Shown here piece by piece: positions 1-9,085 of a DNA stretch of 64,000 nt; position 1 is the first letter of the stretch; every line of letters begins with the position of its first letter. Origin of the DNA: an uncultured Porphyromonadaceae bacterium (GTDB lineage Bacteria; Bacteroidota; Bacteroidia; Bacteroidales; Muribaculaceae); NCBI GenBank assembly GCA_900547825.1, contig URII01000004.1, positions 5,416 through 69,415 of the forward strand. Direction: 5' to 3'. The notes below the pieces were generated by a model that ran no database searches, had not been told where the DNA came from, and saw only the letters and a program-made list of their open reading frames with translations. The position numbers and the translations under genes are program-made.

Positions 1-1
1 G

Positions 2-493
2 ATATCCTATGCTCCAGAGCTCAACACCCTGGTAAAAACAGTGACACGTCCCGGAACTCTTGACATTATGCTGGATTATGACGCTATCGAAAAAACCTAC
101 AGCGACGTGAGGATAGAGTCAGATGTCAGAATAACGGTTATCCTGCCACGCCCGGCAAAACAGATCAATGCGCCCGCTGCCGGATCCCTGACAATCACGG
201 GAATGGCTGCCGACACCCTGAACATCAACAATCTGACGCGCGGTCTTGAAATCGACAAAAGCCGTATCGGTTTCATATCCCTGCACACCCTGGATCATGG
301 CTGGATCAAACTTTCCAACCACACCTCGGTAGGCTGCCTCGACTGGCACTCCGCATCAAAGGATGTAAACCAATCGTCGCTCATCGTATCCGAAACATCC
401 GAACTCAACGGTCTCAAATGGCGCAGTGACAATCCCAAGGGTTTTCTTGAATCGACCTTTCACGGAGCGACCACACTCAAGAACATAAACTAA
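2..493 (+). CDS. Hypothetical protein, C-terminal part (gene begins upstream of the window)
   Basis: The frame is open from the window edge, with no stop in codons 2-40. The track start at 41 is a GTG. Stop at 491-493. The alternating beta-strand-like pattern (SDVRIESDVRITVILP, LTITGMAADTLNINNL) is reminiscent of DUF2807/GIN-type repeats, but I recognise no firm motif. Confidence 0.5.
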   Translation: MSYAPELNTLVKTVTRPGTLDIMLDYDAIEKTYSDVRIESDVRITVILPRPAKQINAPAAGSLTITGMAADTLNINNLTRGLEIDKSRIGFISLHTLDHGWIKLSNHTSVGCLDWHSASKDVNQSSLIVSETSELNGLKWRSDNPKGFLESTFHGATTLKNIN

Positions 494-536
494 CTATCAG
501 CAAAAAACAATTAACGACAGCTTTTTCAACAATTAC

Positions 537-568
537 ATGCGGCGGCAGTCTTCGGATTGCCGCCGCAT
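537..568 (+). terminator. GC hairpin downstream of the first ORF
   Basis: 11-bp stem ATGCGGCGGCA / TGCCGCCGCAT with an apical C-UUCG-G element. No clear T-tract follows. Confidence 0.45.
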
Positions 569-653
569 CACATTTCGCTACATCCCATGACAAAAAGTTT
601 GCAATGATGAATATTTTTTTCATTAAAGACATCTTCAATACATAAATAAACAT

Positions 654-661
654 TATCTTTG
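654..661 (+). promoter_or_regulatory. Bacteroides-type -7 promoter box (TATCTTTG)
   Basis: Matches the TAnnTTTG consensus, 44 nt upstream of the ATG at 705. Confidence 0.45.
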
Positions 662-704
662 TGGGCAGATATCCATAAAACTCATTTACACATTCCCACA
701 TCAC

Positions 705-3700
705 ATGAGAACAACCCTACTAATTGCAACCTTGGCAGCATGTTCGCTAACAGCAACAGCAGAAATTCCGCATGCCAAAAGCCACACATTACATGCAGAA
801 GGCATGACATTTGCCACGTTAGTCAACCCGGGACTACTACTGAAGCATGGCGACCGGATAAAGGAAACGTCCACTCCTGCAGGAGTTACAAAAGCTGTAA
901 AACATGAGGCTGGCGCACCTTTCACAGTGCCCTGGTCAAATGATTTCTCATCACCCGACATCAGTGCATTCACAATAATTGACGGTGACAACGACGAGCG
1001 GATATGGGAATATGATTCCGAAAACGAATGCATGAAGTCAGGAAGTACGAAAAGTGGCGTCATCGACAAGGACGACTGGCTGATCACTCCGGGACTGTTG
1101 CTTGAAAAAGGGAAAGTCTATACCATAAGCATGGATCTATGGCGCCGGAGCGCACGCTATGAGGAACGGGCGGAGGTATGGTTAGGTTCAGCTCCGACAG
1201 CCGCCGGAATGACCCGAGTGCTGCTCGAACGCACCAACCTTCAGGAGGACTCACCGAAAGAATACACATTCGAAGTCACAGTACAGGAGACAGGAGCCTA
1301 TTATATAGGAATACATGCAGTGAGCGAGCCGCTGCGATGGACAATGTATGCCGACAACATAAAGGTGGACTGCACATCATCCGAATCGGCCCCCGCAGCC
1401 ATAGCCGATTTTGCTCCGGTAGCCGATATTCACGGCGCAGCGAAAGTGGATATAACATTCACCGCCCCTTCCACCACCTACGATAACGGGCAGCTGACAT
1501 CAATTTCAAAAATAGAAATCAGCCGCGACGGAACCGTGATAAAGACTTTCGAGAATCCGGCCCCGGGGACCGCGCTTACCTATACCGACGATCCTGTTAC
1601 GGAAGGCATGCGTGTATACACCGTGACGGCCTCCAACGGAGCAGGACAGAGCCAGCCCGTATCAGAGCAGGTATATGTGGGATTCACCACCCCCAAGGCT
1701 CCCGCCAAAGCCACAATTACCGAGGATCCCGAAATGTTGGGCATGGTGAAAGTGGCATGGGAACCGGTAACCGAGGACATTTACGGCAAAATATATCCGG
1801 AAGGCACAGTAACTTACTTTGTGGCCGATGCCACCTCAATAGTCCAGCGCGACATAACCGGAACATCAATTGACGTACATGCCGTGCCCGAAGGACAGGA
1901 TTTCGCCTACTACGGAGTATTCACCCGCACCGGACGATATGGCCAGAGTGCCGGATATGCCAATACCGGCATGATACCTGTAGGCGAACCGTATGCCATA
2001 CCTTTCTATGAATCGGCTCCGGGAGCTGACCTGTCATTCCACTGGGGCAAGAAGAATCTGTCGGAAGAATCGGACTGGGGAACCCTTGACCTCGAATCGT
2101 CGGGCGGCTCCATCGACGCTTTCGACGGCGACGGCGGCTATATCGGTTCATTATGTAAGAAATCAGGCGACCGCACACGCCTCATGAGCGGCAAGGTCGA
2201 CATAAGCTCCGCTAAAAATCCATATCTGCGTTTCGCATATTGGGCCTGGGAGGAAAATGACAAGCCGGAAACCATAATTGTAATGGCACGCGAAGCCGGC
2301 GATCCAGAGGAATTCGCTACGATAGCCACATTCTACACCACCGCCCCCAAAGGTAAAGGCGGATGGCAGCGTGTATTCATACCTCTCGACGCCTATAAGG
2401 GCAAGACCATACAGATAGCATTCGAAACCGTAATGGGCAACCATTTCTATACAATGTTCGACGCCATAACGCTCTACAATGTGCATGACCACGATCTGGC
2501 CGTGACAGGTATTGTGACCCCCTCAAGAGTAAAGACAGCCGAAACACATGAGGTTACTGCCGAGATAGAGAACCGCGGCGTAAACACCGAAAACGATTAC
2601 ACAATAGACCTTCTGCTGAACGGGCAGCCCGTGAAGACCCTTTCCGGCACCCCGATAAGCCTTGGCGAGTACCGCACATTCACATTCACAAACGAACTCG
2701 GCGTCAACAATCCCAAAGAGTGTGAATACAAGGTACGTGTCAATGTTGACGGTGACGGCAACCTTGACGACAACGAATCGGAAACCAAAGTCACATTCCT
2801 TACCCTCCCCAACTATCCCACTGTGCCGGGACTTAACGGATCAGTGGACGAATCCACAGGAAATGTACTGCTCACCTGGGAGACACCCGATACCTCCCGG
2901 CCCAAACCCGAGCCTACCTTCGACAGCTTCGAGGATTACGAATCATTCGCCATCGACAACGTGGGCGACTGGACAATGCACGACCTTGACGGCGAAGAGA
3001 ACTATGTGATAGAGGACAATGAGTTCCCGCACAACGGTGAGGCGTTCAGCTTCATAGTGCTCGACACTCGGCGCATGCAGACACCTTATCAGGCCAATTC
3101 CGGAGTGAAAGCCATGGTTTCGTTCCCATCGACCAAAAATGAAAACAACGACTGGCTAATCACCCCAATGCTGTGGGACGGCGAACAGGAGATCACCTTC
3201 TTTGCCAAAAGCCACATAGGCCTCTACGGTCTCGAATCGTTCGATGTGCTCTACTCCACAGCAGGCACAAGCCCGTATGAATTCACCCGCATAGGAGGCG
3301 AAAAAGAGGTGCCCACCACATGGACCCGATACACCTACACTGTTCCGGAAGGCACGAAATACTTCGCCGTGCGCTGCACATCAAAGAACATGCTGGCATT
3401 CATGGTGGATGACTTCGAGTTCCTTTCCGCTTCCTCACCGCTGCCCGACCTGACTATCAAAGGATACAACGTGTACCGCGACATGATCCGGCTCAATACC
3501 GAACTGATTGCCGGGAACACATTTACTGACAACCAGCCTGTAAACCGTCAGCACACCTACCACGTGTCAGCCGTATATAATGCGGGAGAGTCGCAGCTTT
3601 CCGACCCGTGCGACCCGTTCCTGTCGGGAATTGACACCATAGGACCCGACACTGCCGGCACTGCCGTGAAAGTACTCGGAATGAAAGGCGCAATCACAGT

Positions 3701-3854
3701 TACCGGCGCCGACGGCTCCCGGGTGGATGTATTCAATGCCACAGGTGCTCTTGTATTCTCATGCTCGGGGCGCAACTCCCTTACTGTTACGGTAAATGCC
3801 GGTGTATATATGGTGAAAGTAAACGGCACGACACATAAAGTACTCGTGCGTTGA
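705..3854 (+). CDS. Large secreted multidomain protein with choice-of-anchor J / cleaved-adhesin-like modules and a T9SS C-terminal sorting tail
   Basis: 1049-aa ORF with signal peptide MRTTLLIATLAACSLTATA. Two modules carry the DDWLITP / NDWLITP signature. Also Fn3-like repeats, a MAM-like module and a CARDB-like segment (HDLAVTGIVTP...). The C-terminal beta tail ...GVYMVKVNGTTHKVLVR is typical of T9SS type A CTDs. Clear paralogy to the genes at 42103-51127. Confidence 0.85.
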   Translation: MRTTLLIATLAACSLTATAEIPHAKSHTLHAEGMTFATLVNPGLLLKHGDRIKETSTPAGVTKAVKHEAGAPFTVPWSNDFSSPDISAFTIIDGDNDERIWEYDSENECMKSGSTKSGVIDKDDWLITPGLLLEKGKVYTISMDLWRRSARYEERAEVWLGSAPTAAGMTRVLLERTNLQEDSPKEYTFEVTVQETGAYYIGIHAVSEPLRWTMYADNIKVDCTSSESAPAAIADFAPVADIHGAAKVDITFTAPSTTYDNGQLTSISKIEISRDGTVIKTFENPAPGTALTYTDDPVTEGMRVYTVTASNGAGQSQPVSEQVYVGFTTPKAPAKATITEDPEMLGMVKVAWEPVTEDIYGKIYPEGTVTYFVADATSIVQRDITGTSIDVHAVPEGQDFAYYGVFTRTGRYGQSAGYANTGMIPVGEPYAIPFYESAPGADLSFHWGKKNLSEESDWGTLDLESSGGSIDAFDGDGGYIGSLCKKSGDRTRLMSGKVDISSAKNPYLRFAYWAWEENDKPETIIVMAREAGDPEEFATIATFYTTAPKGKGGWQRVFIPLDAYKGKTIQIAFETVMGNHFYTMFDAITLYNVHDHDLAVTGIVTPSRVKTAETHEVTAEIENRGVNTENDYTIDLLLNGQPVKTLSGTPISLGEYRTFTFTNELGVNNPKECEYKVRVNVDGDGNLDDNESETKVTFLTLPNYPTVPGLNGSVDESTGNVLLTWETPDTSRPKPEPTFDSFEDYESFAIDNVGDWTMHDLDGEENYVIEDNEFPHNGEAFSFIVLDTRRMQTPYQANSGVKAMVSFPSTKNENNDWLITPMLWDGEQEITFFAKSHIGLYGLESFDVLYSTAGTSPYEFTRIGGEKEVPTTWTRYTYTVPEGTKYFAVRCTSKNMLAFMVDDFEFLSASSPLPDLTIKGYNVYRDMIRLNTELIAGNTFTDNQPVNRQHTYHVSAVYNAGESQLSDPCDPFLSGIDTIGPDTAGTAVKVLGMKGAITVTGADGSRVDVFNATGALVFSCSGRNSLTVTVNAGVYMVKVNGTTHKVLVR

Positions 3855-3880
3855 CCGCCGACAACATAACCCTCAATACT

Positions 3881-3911
3881 GCCGCCCGGATTCTCAAATT
3901 ATCCGGGCGGC
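3881..3911 (+). terminator. Hairpin terminator after the 705-3854 gene
   Basis: 11-bp stem GCCGCCCGGAT / ATCCGGGCGGC with a 9-nt loop, 27 nt after the stop. Confidence 0.6.
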
Positions 3912-3947
3912 AAACATATATAATTTGGGATAGCCCGGATTTCTTCG

Positions 3948-3955
3948 TAAATTTG
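3948..3955 (+). promoter_or_regulatory. -7 promoter box (TAAATTTG)
   Basis: TAnnTTTG match 18 nt upstream of the ATG at 3973. Confidence 0.45.
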
Positions 3956-3972
3956 CCCTAAACAACAGATAT

Positions 3973-4965
3973 ATGGACACCACCACAGAGAAACGCCCCA
4001 TGGTGAGCGTGGTAATGATCACCTACAATCAGGCCAAGGAGATAGCCACCGCCATAAAAGGCGTGGTGAGACAACGCGCGGATTTTGACATTGAGCTAAT
4101 AATATCGGATGACGCATCCACTGACACCACCTATTCCATAGCCGAAGAGTGGCAGCGCCGCTACCCCCACATCATAAAACTTTACCGCAATGCCTCCAAC
4201 ATAGGGCTACAGGCCAACTATATCAAGGCTTTCAGCTACTGCCGGGGACGTTACATGGCACTCTGCGACGGCGATGATTACTGGATCTGCCGACGCAAGC
4301 TCGCCATGCAGGTGGGCTATATGGAACAGCACCCTGAATGTGCGGTGACATTCCACCGTATGATAAATTTCTATGAAAGCGACCGGACCATGAGCCTGAG
4401 CAACGGCGGTCAGTCCGTGCTTACCGACATACGGGATCTGAGCCGCGCCAATTTCATAACCAACGCATCAGTGCTCTACCGCAAGGATGCTGTGGATCTG
4501 ACCGGGCTGCCGGCTTGGATCAGGGACATACGGCTGCTCGACTATGCCATGCACATGCTCTATGCCGCCAACGGCACAATACGTTATTTCCGACGTCCCA
4601 TGGGTGTGTACCGCATAAGCGGAGCCGGAGGCACATGGAGCAGGGCCGAACGCTACACCCAGCTCAACATGGCCCTGAAAGTGCGCGAGCACCTCATGAA
4701 ACACTTCGCCCACCGGCCCGATATAACCGAAGGACTCCGTAATGCCTCGGTCAACATACTGCTACACATGGCCGTGGCTGCCGAAGGTGATACCGAGCGG
4801 GAGGATTATGTACGAAACCGGTTGAAAAAATATCCAGGCTACTCCGATGACGCGGCCATCGACGCTGCCGTGGCGCGGATTGCCTCGGCACCCCCGCGCC
4901 GGAAACCGTTTCTGTCGCGCCTTCGCGCCGCCATCTCCCGCCTCATCCCCCTACCGCGCCCATAG
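3973..4965 (+). CDS. Family 2 glycosyltransferase
   Basis: The N-terminus VSVVMITYNQAKEI...LIISDDASTDTT...CDGDDYW is the classic GT2 (GT-A, DxD) signature. Confidence 0.85.
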   Translation: MDTTTEKRPMVSVVMITYNQAKEIATAIKGVVRQRADFDIELIISDDASTDTTYSIAEEWQRRYPHIIKLYRNASNIGLQANYIKAFSYCRGRYMALCDGDDYWICRRKLAMQVGYMEQHPECAVTFHRMINFYESDRTMSLSNGGQSVLTDIRDLSRANFITNASVLYRKDAVDLTGLPAWIRDIRLLDYAMHMLYAANGTIRYFRRPMGVYRISGAGGTWSRAERYTQLNMALKVREHLMKHFAHRPDITEGLRNASVNILLHMAVAAEGDTEREDYVRNRLKKYPGYSDDAAIDAAVARIASAPPRRKPFLSRLRAAISRLIPLPRP

Positions 4966-4980
4966 GATTCTATTAAAACG

Positions 4981-5025
4981 GGCGGTTCCGCGCCACGGCT
5001 TATTGCCTGAGGACGCGGAACCGCC
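4981..5025. terminator. Bidirectional hairpin between the convergent GT2 and rpoD genes
   Basis: 12-bp perfect stem GGCGGTTCCGCG / CGCGGAACCGCC with a 21-nt loop. Confidence 0.6.
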
Positions 5026-5048
5026 TGAATCTTTATATTATAATGTAG

Positions 5049-5909
5049 TTACTGCCCGAGGTAGGTTTTGAGCAGGCGGCTTTTCTGGCCTTTCAGGCGA
5101 CGGATAGCCTTTTCCTTGATCTGACGCACACGCTCGCGCGTAAGATCAAACTTGGCACCGATCTCCTCAAGGGTCATTTCCTGACACCCTATGCCGAAGA
5201 ACATCTTGAGTATCTCGCGTTCGCGCTCATGAAGCTGACGCAAGGCGCGGTCCACCTCTTTCGACAATGACTCCTGAGTAAGAGTGCTGTCTGCCATGGG
5301 CGAATCATCGTTAGTGAGCACGTCGAGGAGACTGTTGTCCTCACCTTCCACAAAAGGAGCGTCGACGGATATATGCCGCCCCGACACCTTTAGCGAATCG
5401 GCTATTTTTTCCACAGGCACATCAAGACGCTCGGCAAGCTCCTCGGGCGACGGGCGACGCTCGTTTTCCTGCTCGAACTTCTGCAATGCCTTGGATATTT
5501 TATTGAGGGAACCCACCTGGTTGAGAGGCAGGCGCACTATGCGCGACTGTTCGGCCAAAGCCTGAAGAATCGACTGACGGATCCACCACACGGCATAGGA
5601 AATGAATTTAAATCCGCGCGTCTCGTCAAACTTCTGTGCCGCTTTAATCAAGCCGAGATTGCCTTCGTTGATAAGGTCGGGCAAGCTGAGTCCCTGATTC
5701 TGGTACTGCTTGGCCACCGACACCACGAAGCGTAGGTTGGCACGGGTGAGCTTGTCGAGGGCGCGCTCATCGCCTTCACGAATCTTTTGCGCGAGCTCCA
5801 CTTCCTCCTCCACGGAGATCAGATCCTCACGGCCTATTTCCTGAAGATACTTGTCAAGCGAGGCGCTCTCGCGGTTCGTAATTGATTTTGTGATTTTAAG
5901 TTGTCTCAT
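5049..5909 (-). CDS. rpoD: Primary RNA polymerase sigma-70 factor (Bacteroidota short form)
   Basis: 286 aa. Regions 2-4 are recognisable ([67 protein letters not shown]). The short length without region 1.1 is typical of Bacteroidota SigA. Confidence 0.95.
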   Translation of the reverse strand: MRQLKITKSITNRESASLDKYLQEIGREDLISVEEEVELAQKIREGDERALDKLTRANLRFVVSVAKQYQNQGLSLPDLINEGNLGLIKAAQKFDETRGFKFISYAVWWIRQSILQALAEQSRIVRLPLNQVGSLNKISKALQKFEQENERRPSPEELAERLDVPVEKIADSLKVSGRHISVDAPFVEGEDNSLLDVLTNDDSPMADSTLTQESLSKEVDRALRQLHEREREILKMFFGIGCQEMTLEEIGAKFDLTRERVRQIKEKAIRRLKGQKSRLLKTYLGQ

Positions 5910-6112
5910 GCTTGGGGAATAATTACCTGAGATTTAAACGCGCGAATTTAGCCATTATTTCGCACCCGGCCAAACTTTAACCGTTATTTCACTTTATTTT
6001 ACCTTCATATAAAGCTTACAATATAGGGAATGATGGGATTGCGCAGTCAGGAGGATTGTGGGCCAATGGTTAACAGAATGTTAAAAGCGTTTGTATTCTT
6101 AAATATATTTTT

Positions 6113-6120
6113 TATTTTTG
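6113..6120 (+). promoter_or_regulatory. -7 promoter box (TATTTTTG) ahead of the oxidoreductase operon
   Basis: TAnnTTTG match about 70 nt upstream of the ATG at 6191. Confidence 0.4.
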
Positions 6121-6190
6121 TGCAATCAATCTGATTTGATCCCATAAACAACAATCTGAATTACCTAACCGCTAAACACAAAATCTGATT

Positions 6191-6418
6191 ATGGCTAAAG
6201 TACATGGCGCTGTAGACATCAACATCGATCGCTGCAAAGGTTGTGACCTGTGCGTGGTCGCTTGTCCGGCCGACGTCCTGCTCCTCCAGCCCAAGGAGGT
6301 CAACGACCGCGGCTATCATTTCGCCTTCGCGGCCCATCCTGAAAAATGCGTGGGTTGCGCCGCATGTGGCGTAGTATGTCCCGACGGCTGCATAACTGTC
6401 TATCGTGTAGTGGAATGA
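6191..6418 (+). CDS. 2-oxoacid:ferredoxin oxidoreductase, delta (2x[4Fe-4S] ferredoxin-like) subunit
   Basis: 75 aa with two CxxCxxCxxxCP motifs (CKGCDLCVVACP, CVGCAACGVVCP). First gene of the four-gene operon. Confidence 0.85.
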   Translation: MAKVHGAVDINIDRCKGCDLCVVACPADVLLLQPKEVNDRGYHFAFAAHPEKCVGCAACGVVCPDGCITVYRVVE

Positions 6419-6493
6419 CCGTAGACCACGGCTTTCCCGACAAACCATCAAACTAATCAACAATCCACCCCACACACCCTAAAACATTTCCTT

Positions 6494-7582
6494 ATGGAAG
6501 AAGTAAAATTGATGAAGGGTAACGAGGCCATCGCCCACGCCGCAGTGCGTTACGGCTGCGACGGCTATTTCGGATATCCCATCACCCCTCAAAGCGAAGT
6601 ACTTGAAACCCTTGAAGAACTCATGCCCTGGGAAACCACCGGTATGGTAGTGCTTCAGGCCGAGAGTGAAGTGGCCGCCATCAACATGGTTTACGGTGGC
6701 GCCGCATGCGGCAAAGCCGTGATGACCTCATCGTCATCGCCCGGTGTCAGCCTCAAGCAGGAAGGAATATCATATATCGCCGCAGGCGAACTGCCCGCCC
6801 TTATAGTAAATGTGATGCGCGGCGGCCCCGGCCTCGGTACCATCCAGCCCTCACAGGCCGATTATTTCCAGGCCACCAAAGGCGGAGGCCACGGCGACTA
6901 CCACCTTATCGTGCTCTCACCGTCGTCAGTTCAGGAGATGGCCGATTTCGTAGGCTTAGGCTTCGACCTTGCTTTCAAATACCGCACTCCCGCCATGATC
7001 CTTGCCGACGGTATCGTAGGCCAGATGATGGAGAAAGTGGTTCTTCCCGAACCCCGCAAACGCCGCACTGACGCTGAAATAGCCGAACAATGCCCCTGGG
7101 CTGTAACAGGCCGTCCGAAAACACGCCGCCCCAATGTTATGACCACTCTCGAGCTTGAGAGCGCGGCAATGGAGAAAAACAACGAACGCCTTCAGGAAAC
7201 CTATCGCCGTATAGAAGAAAACGAAGTGCGCTATCAGGAATATTACACCGACGATGCAGAGTATCTCATGGTGGCATTCGGCAGTATAGCCCGTATATGC
7301 CTCAAAGCCATAGAGGAAGCCCGTGCCCAGGGCCTCAAGATCGGGCTCATTCGCCCCATCACCCTCTGGCCGTTCCCGACCAAAGCCATAGCTGACCTGT
7401 CGAAGCGGGTAAAAGGCATCCTGACGGTGGAACTCAACGCCGGACAGATGATAGAGGACGTGAAACTCGCCGTAAACGGCCGGGTGCCCGTGTACCACTA
7501 CGGACGCATGGGCGGTATCGTGCTCAACCCTGCCGAAATTCTCGAGGCTTTCAAACGCGATTTCCCCGAAGCCGGGAAATGA
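6494..7582 (+). CDS. 2-oxoacid:ferredoxin oxidoreductase, alpha subunit (KorA/VorB-like)
   Basis: 362 aa. The N-terminus MKGNEAIAHAAVRYGCDGYFGYPITPQSEV is typical of the POR/KOR alpha family. Substrate not assignable from sequence. Confidence 0.88.
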   Translation: MEEVKLMKGNEAIAHAAVRYGCDGYFGYPITPQSEVLETLEELMPWETTGMVVLQAESEVAAINMVYGGAACGKAVMTSSSSPGVSLKQEGISYIAAGELPALIVNVMRGGPGLGTIQPSQADYFQATKGGGHGDYHLIVLSPSSVQEMADFVGLGFDLAFKYRTPAMILADGIVGQMMEKVVLPEPRKRRTDAEIAEQCPWAVTGRPKTRRPNVMTTLELESAAMEKNNERLQETYRRIEENEVRYQEYYTDDAEYLMVAFGSIARICLKAIEEARAQGLKIGLIRPITLWPFPTKAIADLSKRVKGILTVELNAGQMIEDVKLAVNGRVPVYHYGRMGGIVLNPAEILEAFKRDFPEAGK

Positions 7583-7647
7583 CAACGCGCCACATGGCCT
7601 GAACTTTATTCCTAAAACTCATCCCAACATCTATCGCACAGTTAGTT

Positions 7648-8415
7648 ATGACTATCGAAGATATCAAAAAACCTGAAAACATCGTCTACAAGCGCCCCGA
7701 GCTGCTTAACGACAATACCATGCACTACTGCCCCGGGTGCTCCCACGGAGTAGTCCACAAACTCGTGGCGGAAGTGATCGAGGAACTTGGCCTCGAAGAG
7801 AAGACCATAGGTGTGGCCCCGGTAGGCTGCGCCGTGTTTGCCTACAATTATATTGATGTGGACTGGATCGAAGCAGCCCACGGACGCGCTCCCGCCATTG
7901 CATCGGCAGTGAAGCGCCTTATGCCCGACCGCATGGTGTTCACCTATCAGGGCGACGGCGACTTCGCCGCAATAGGCACTTGCGAATCAATCCATGCCGC
8001 CAACCGAGGCGAAAACATCGTGATAATATTCATCAACAACGGTATATACGGCATGACCGGTGGCCAGATGGCTCCCACCACCCTTGAAGGAATGAAAACC
8101 GCCACCACCCCTTACGGACGCCGCGTGGATCTCAACGGTTATCCCCTGAAAATAAGCAACCTGCTCTGCGAACTCGACGGCACATGCTACGTTACACGCC
8201 AGAGTGTGCACACCGCAGGCGCCGTGCGCAAAACCAAGAACGCGCTCAAAAAAGCATTCCAGAATGCCATGAACGGCTGCGGCACCTCCGTGGTGGAAGT
8301 TGTGGCAACCTGCAACTCGGGATGGAAAATGTCGCCCGACAAATCCAACAAATGGATGGAGGAGCACATGTTTGCCAAATATCCCATGGGTGATCTCAAA
8401 AACACCGTCAAGTAA
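7648..8415 (+). CDS. 2-oxoacid:ferredoxin oxidoreductase, beta (TPP-binding) subunit
   Basis: TPP motif GDGDFAAIG...IIFINNGIYGMTGGQ and an N-terminal CPGCSHG cluster ligand motif. Confidence 0.9.
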   Translation: MTIEDIKKPENIVYKRPELLNDNTMHYCPGCSHGVVHKLVAEVIEELGLEEKTIGVAPVGCAVFAYNYIDVDWIEAAHGRAPAIASAVKRLMPDRMVFTYQGDGDFAAIGTCESIHAANRGENIVIIFINNGIYGMTGGQMAPTTLEGMKTATTPYGRRVDLNGYPLKISNLLCELDGTCYVTRQSVHTAGAVRKTKNALKKAFQNAMNGCGTSVVEVVATCNSGWKMSPDKSNKWMEEHMFAKYPMGDLKNTVK

Positions 8416-8438
8416 TCTTAAATTATCCAACTACCGAC

Positions 8439-8981
8439 ATGAAACAAGAAATCATAATAGCCGGATTCGGCGGTCAGGGCGTGCTTTCCATGGGAAAAAT
8501 ACTCGCCTATGCCGGCCTGATGGACAACCTTGAAGTCACCTGGATGCCCGCTTACGGCCCGGAACAGCGCGGCGGAACGGCCAACGTGACCGTGATCCTC
8601 AGCGACGAACCCATTTCATCGCCTGTGCTCGACACCTACGACGCTGCCGTTATCCTCAACCAGCAGAGTCTTGATAAATTCGAATCGAAAGTGAAACCCG
8701 GCGGAGTCCTCATCTACGACCCCTACGGTATCCACCACCGCCCCACCCGCACCGACATACGCTGCTATGCCGTAAACGCTATGGATGTGGCTCTTGAGAT
8801 GAACAACACCAAGACTTACAACATGATCCTGCTCGGATGCCTGCTGAAAGTAATTCCCGTGGTGCCCATTGACGCTGTGCTCAAAGGCCTCCAGAAAACC
8901 CTTCCCGAACGTCACCACCACCTCATTCCGCTCAACCGCGACGCCATCATGCGCGGCATGGAGCTGATAAAAGAGGACTGA
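8439..8981 (+). CDS. 2-oxoacid:ferredoxin oxidoreductase, gamma subunit
   Basis: 180 aa. IIIAGFGGQGVLSMGKILA...GPEQRGG is typical of the POR gamma domain. Confidence 0.88.
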   Translation: MKQEIIIAGFGGQGVLSMGKILAYAGLMDNLEVTWMPAYGPEQRGGTANVTVILSDEPISSPVLDTYDAAVILNQQSLDKFESKVKPGGVLIYDPYGIHHRPTRTDIRCYAVNAMDVALEMNNTKTYNMILLGCLLKVIPVVPIDAVLKGLQKTLPERHHHLIPLNRDAIMRGMELIKED

Positions 8982-9004
8982 CCGTAAAATATCGGACCAA
9001 AAAC

Positions 9005-9037
9005 GGAGCGGGCCTAAACCCGCTCCATTCTTTTGTT
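9005..9037 (+). terminator. Rho-independent terminator after the oxidoreductase operon
   Basis: 8-bp stem GGAGCGGG / CCCGCTCC followed by ATTCTTTTGTTT. Confidence 0.7.
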
Positions 9038-9085
9038 TAATAAGCGTTTGCAAACCGCACGCTAAAAAAATATTCACAGCTGCCT

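Noticed and set aside
6956-8430. Minus-strand ORFs of 209 and 147 aa, and plus-strand alternative-frame ORFs such as 6706-7071.
   Set aside because: They overlap the well-supported oxidoreductase alpha and beta subunit genes, and their R/H/G-rich composition is typical of off-frame translation.
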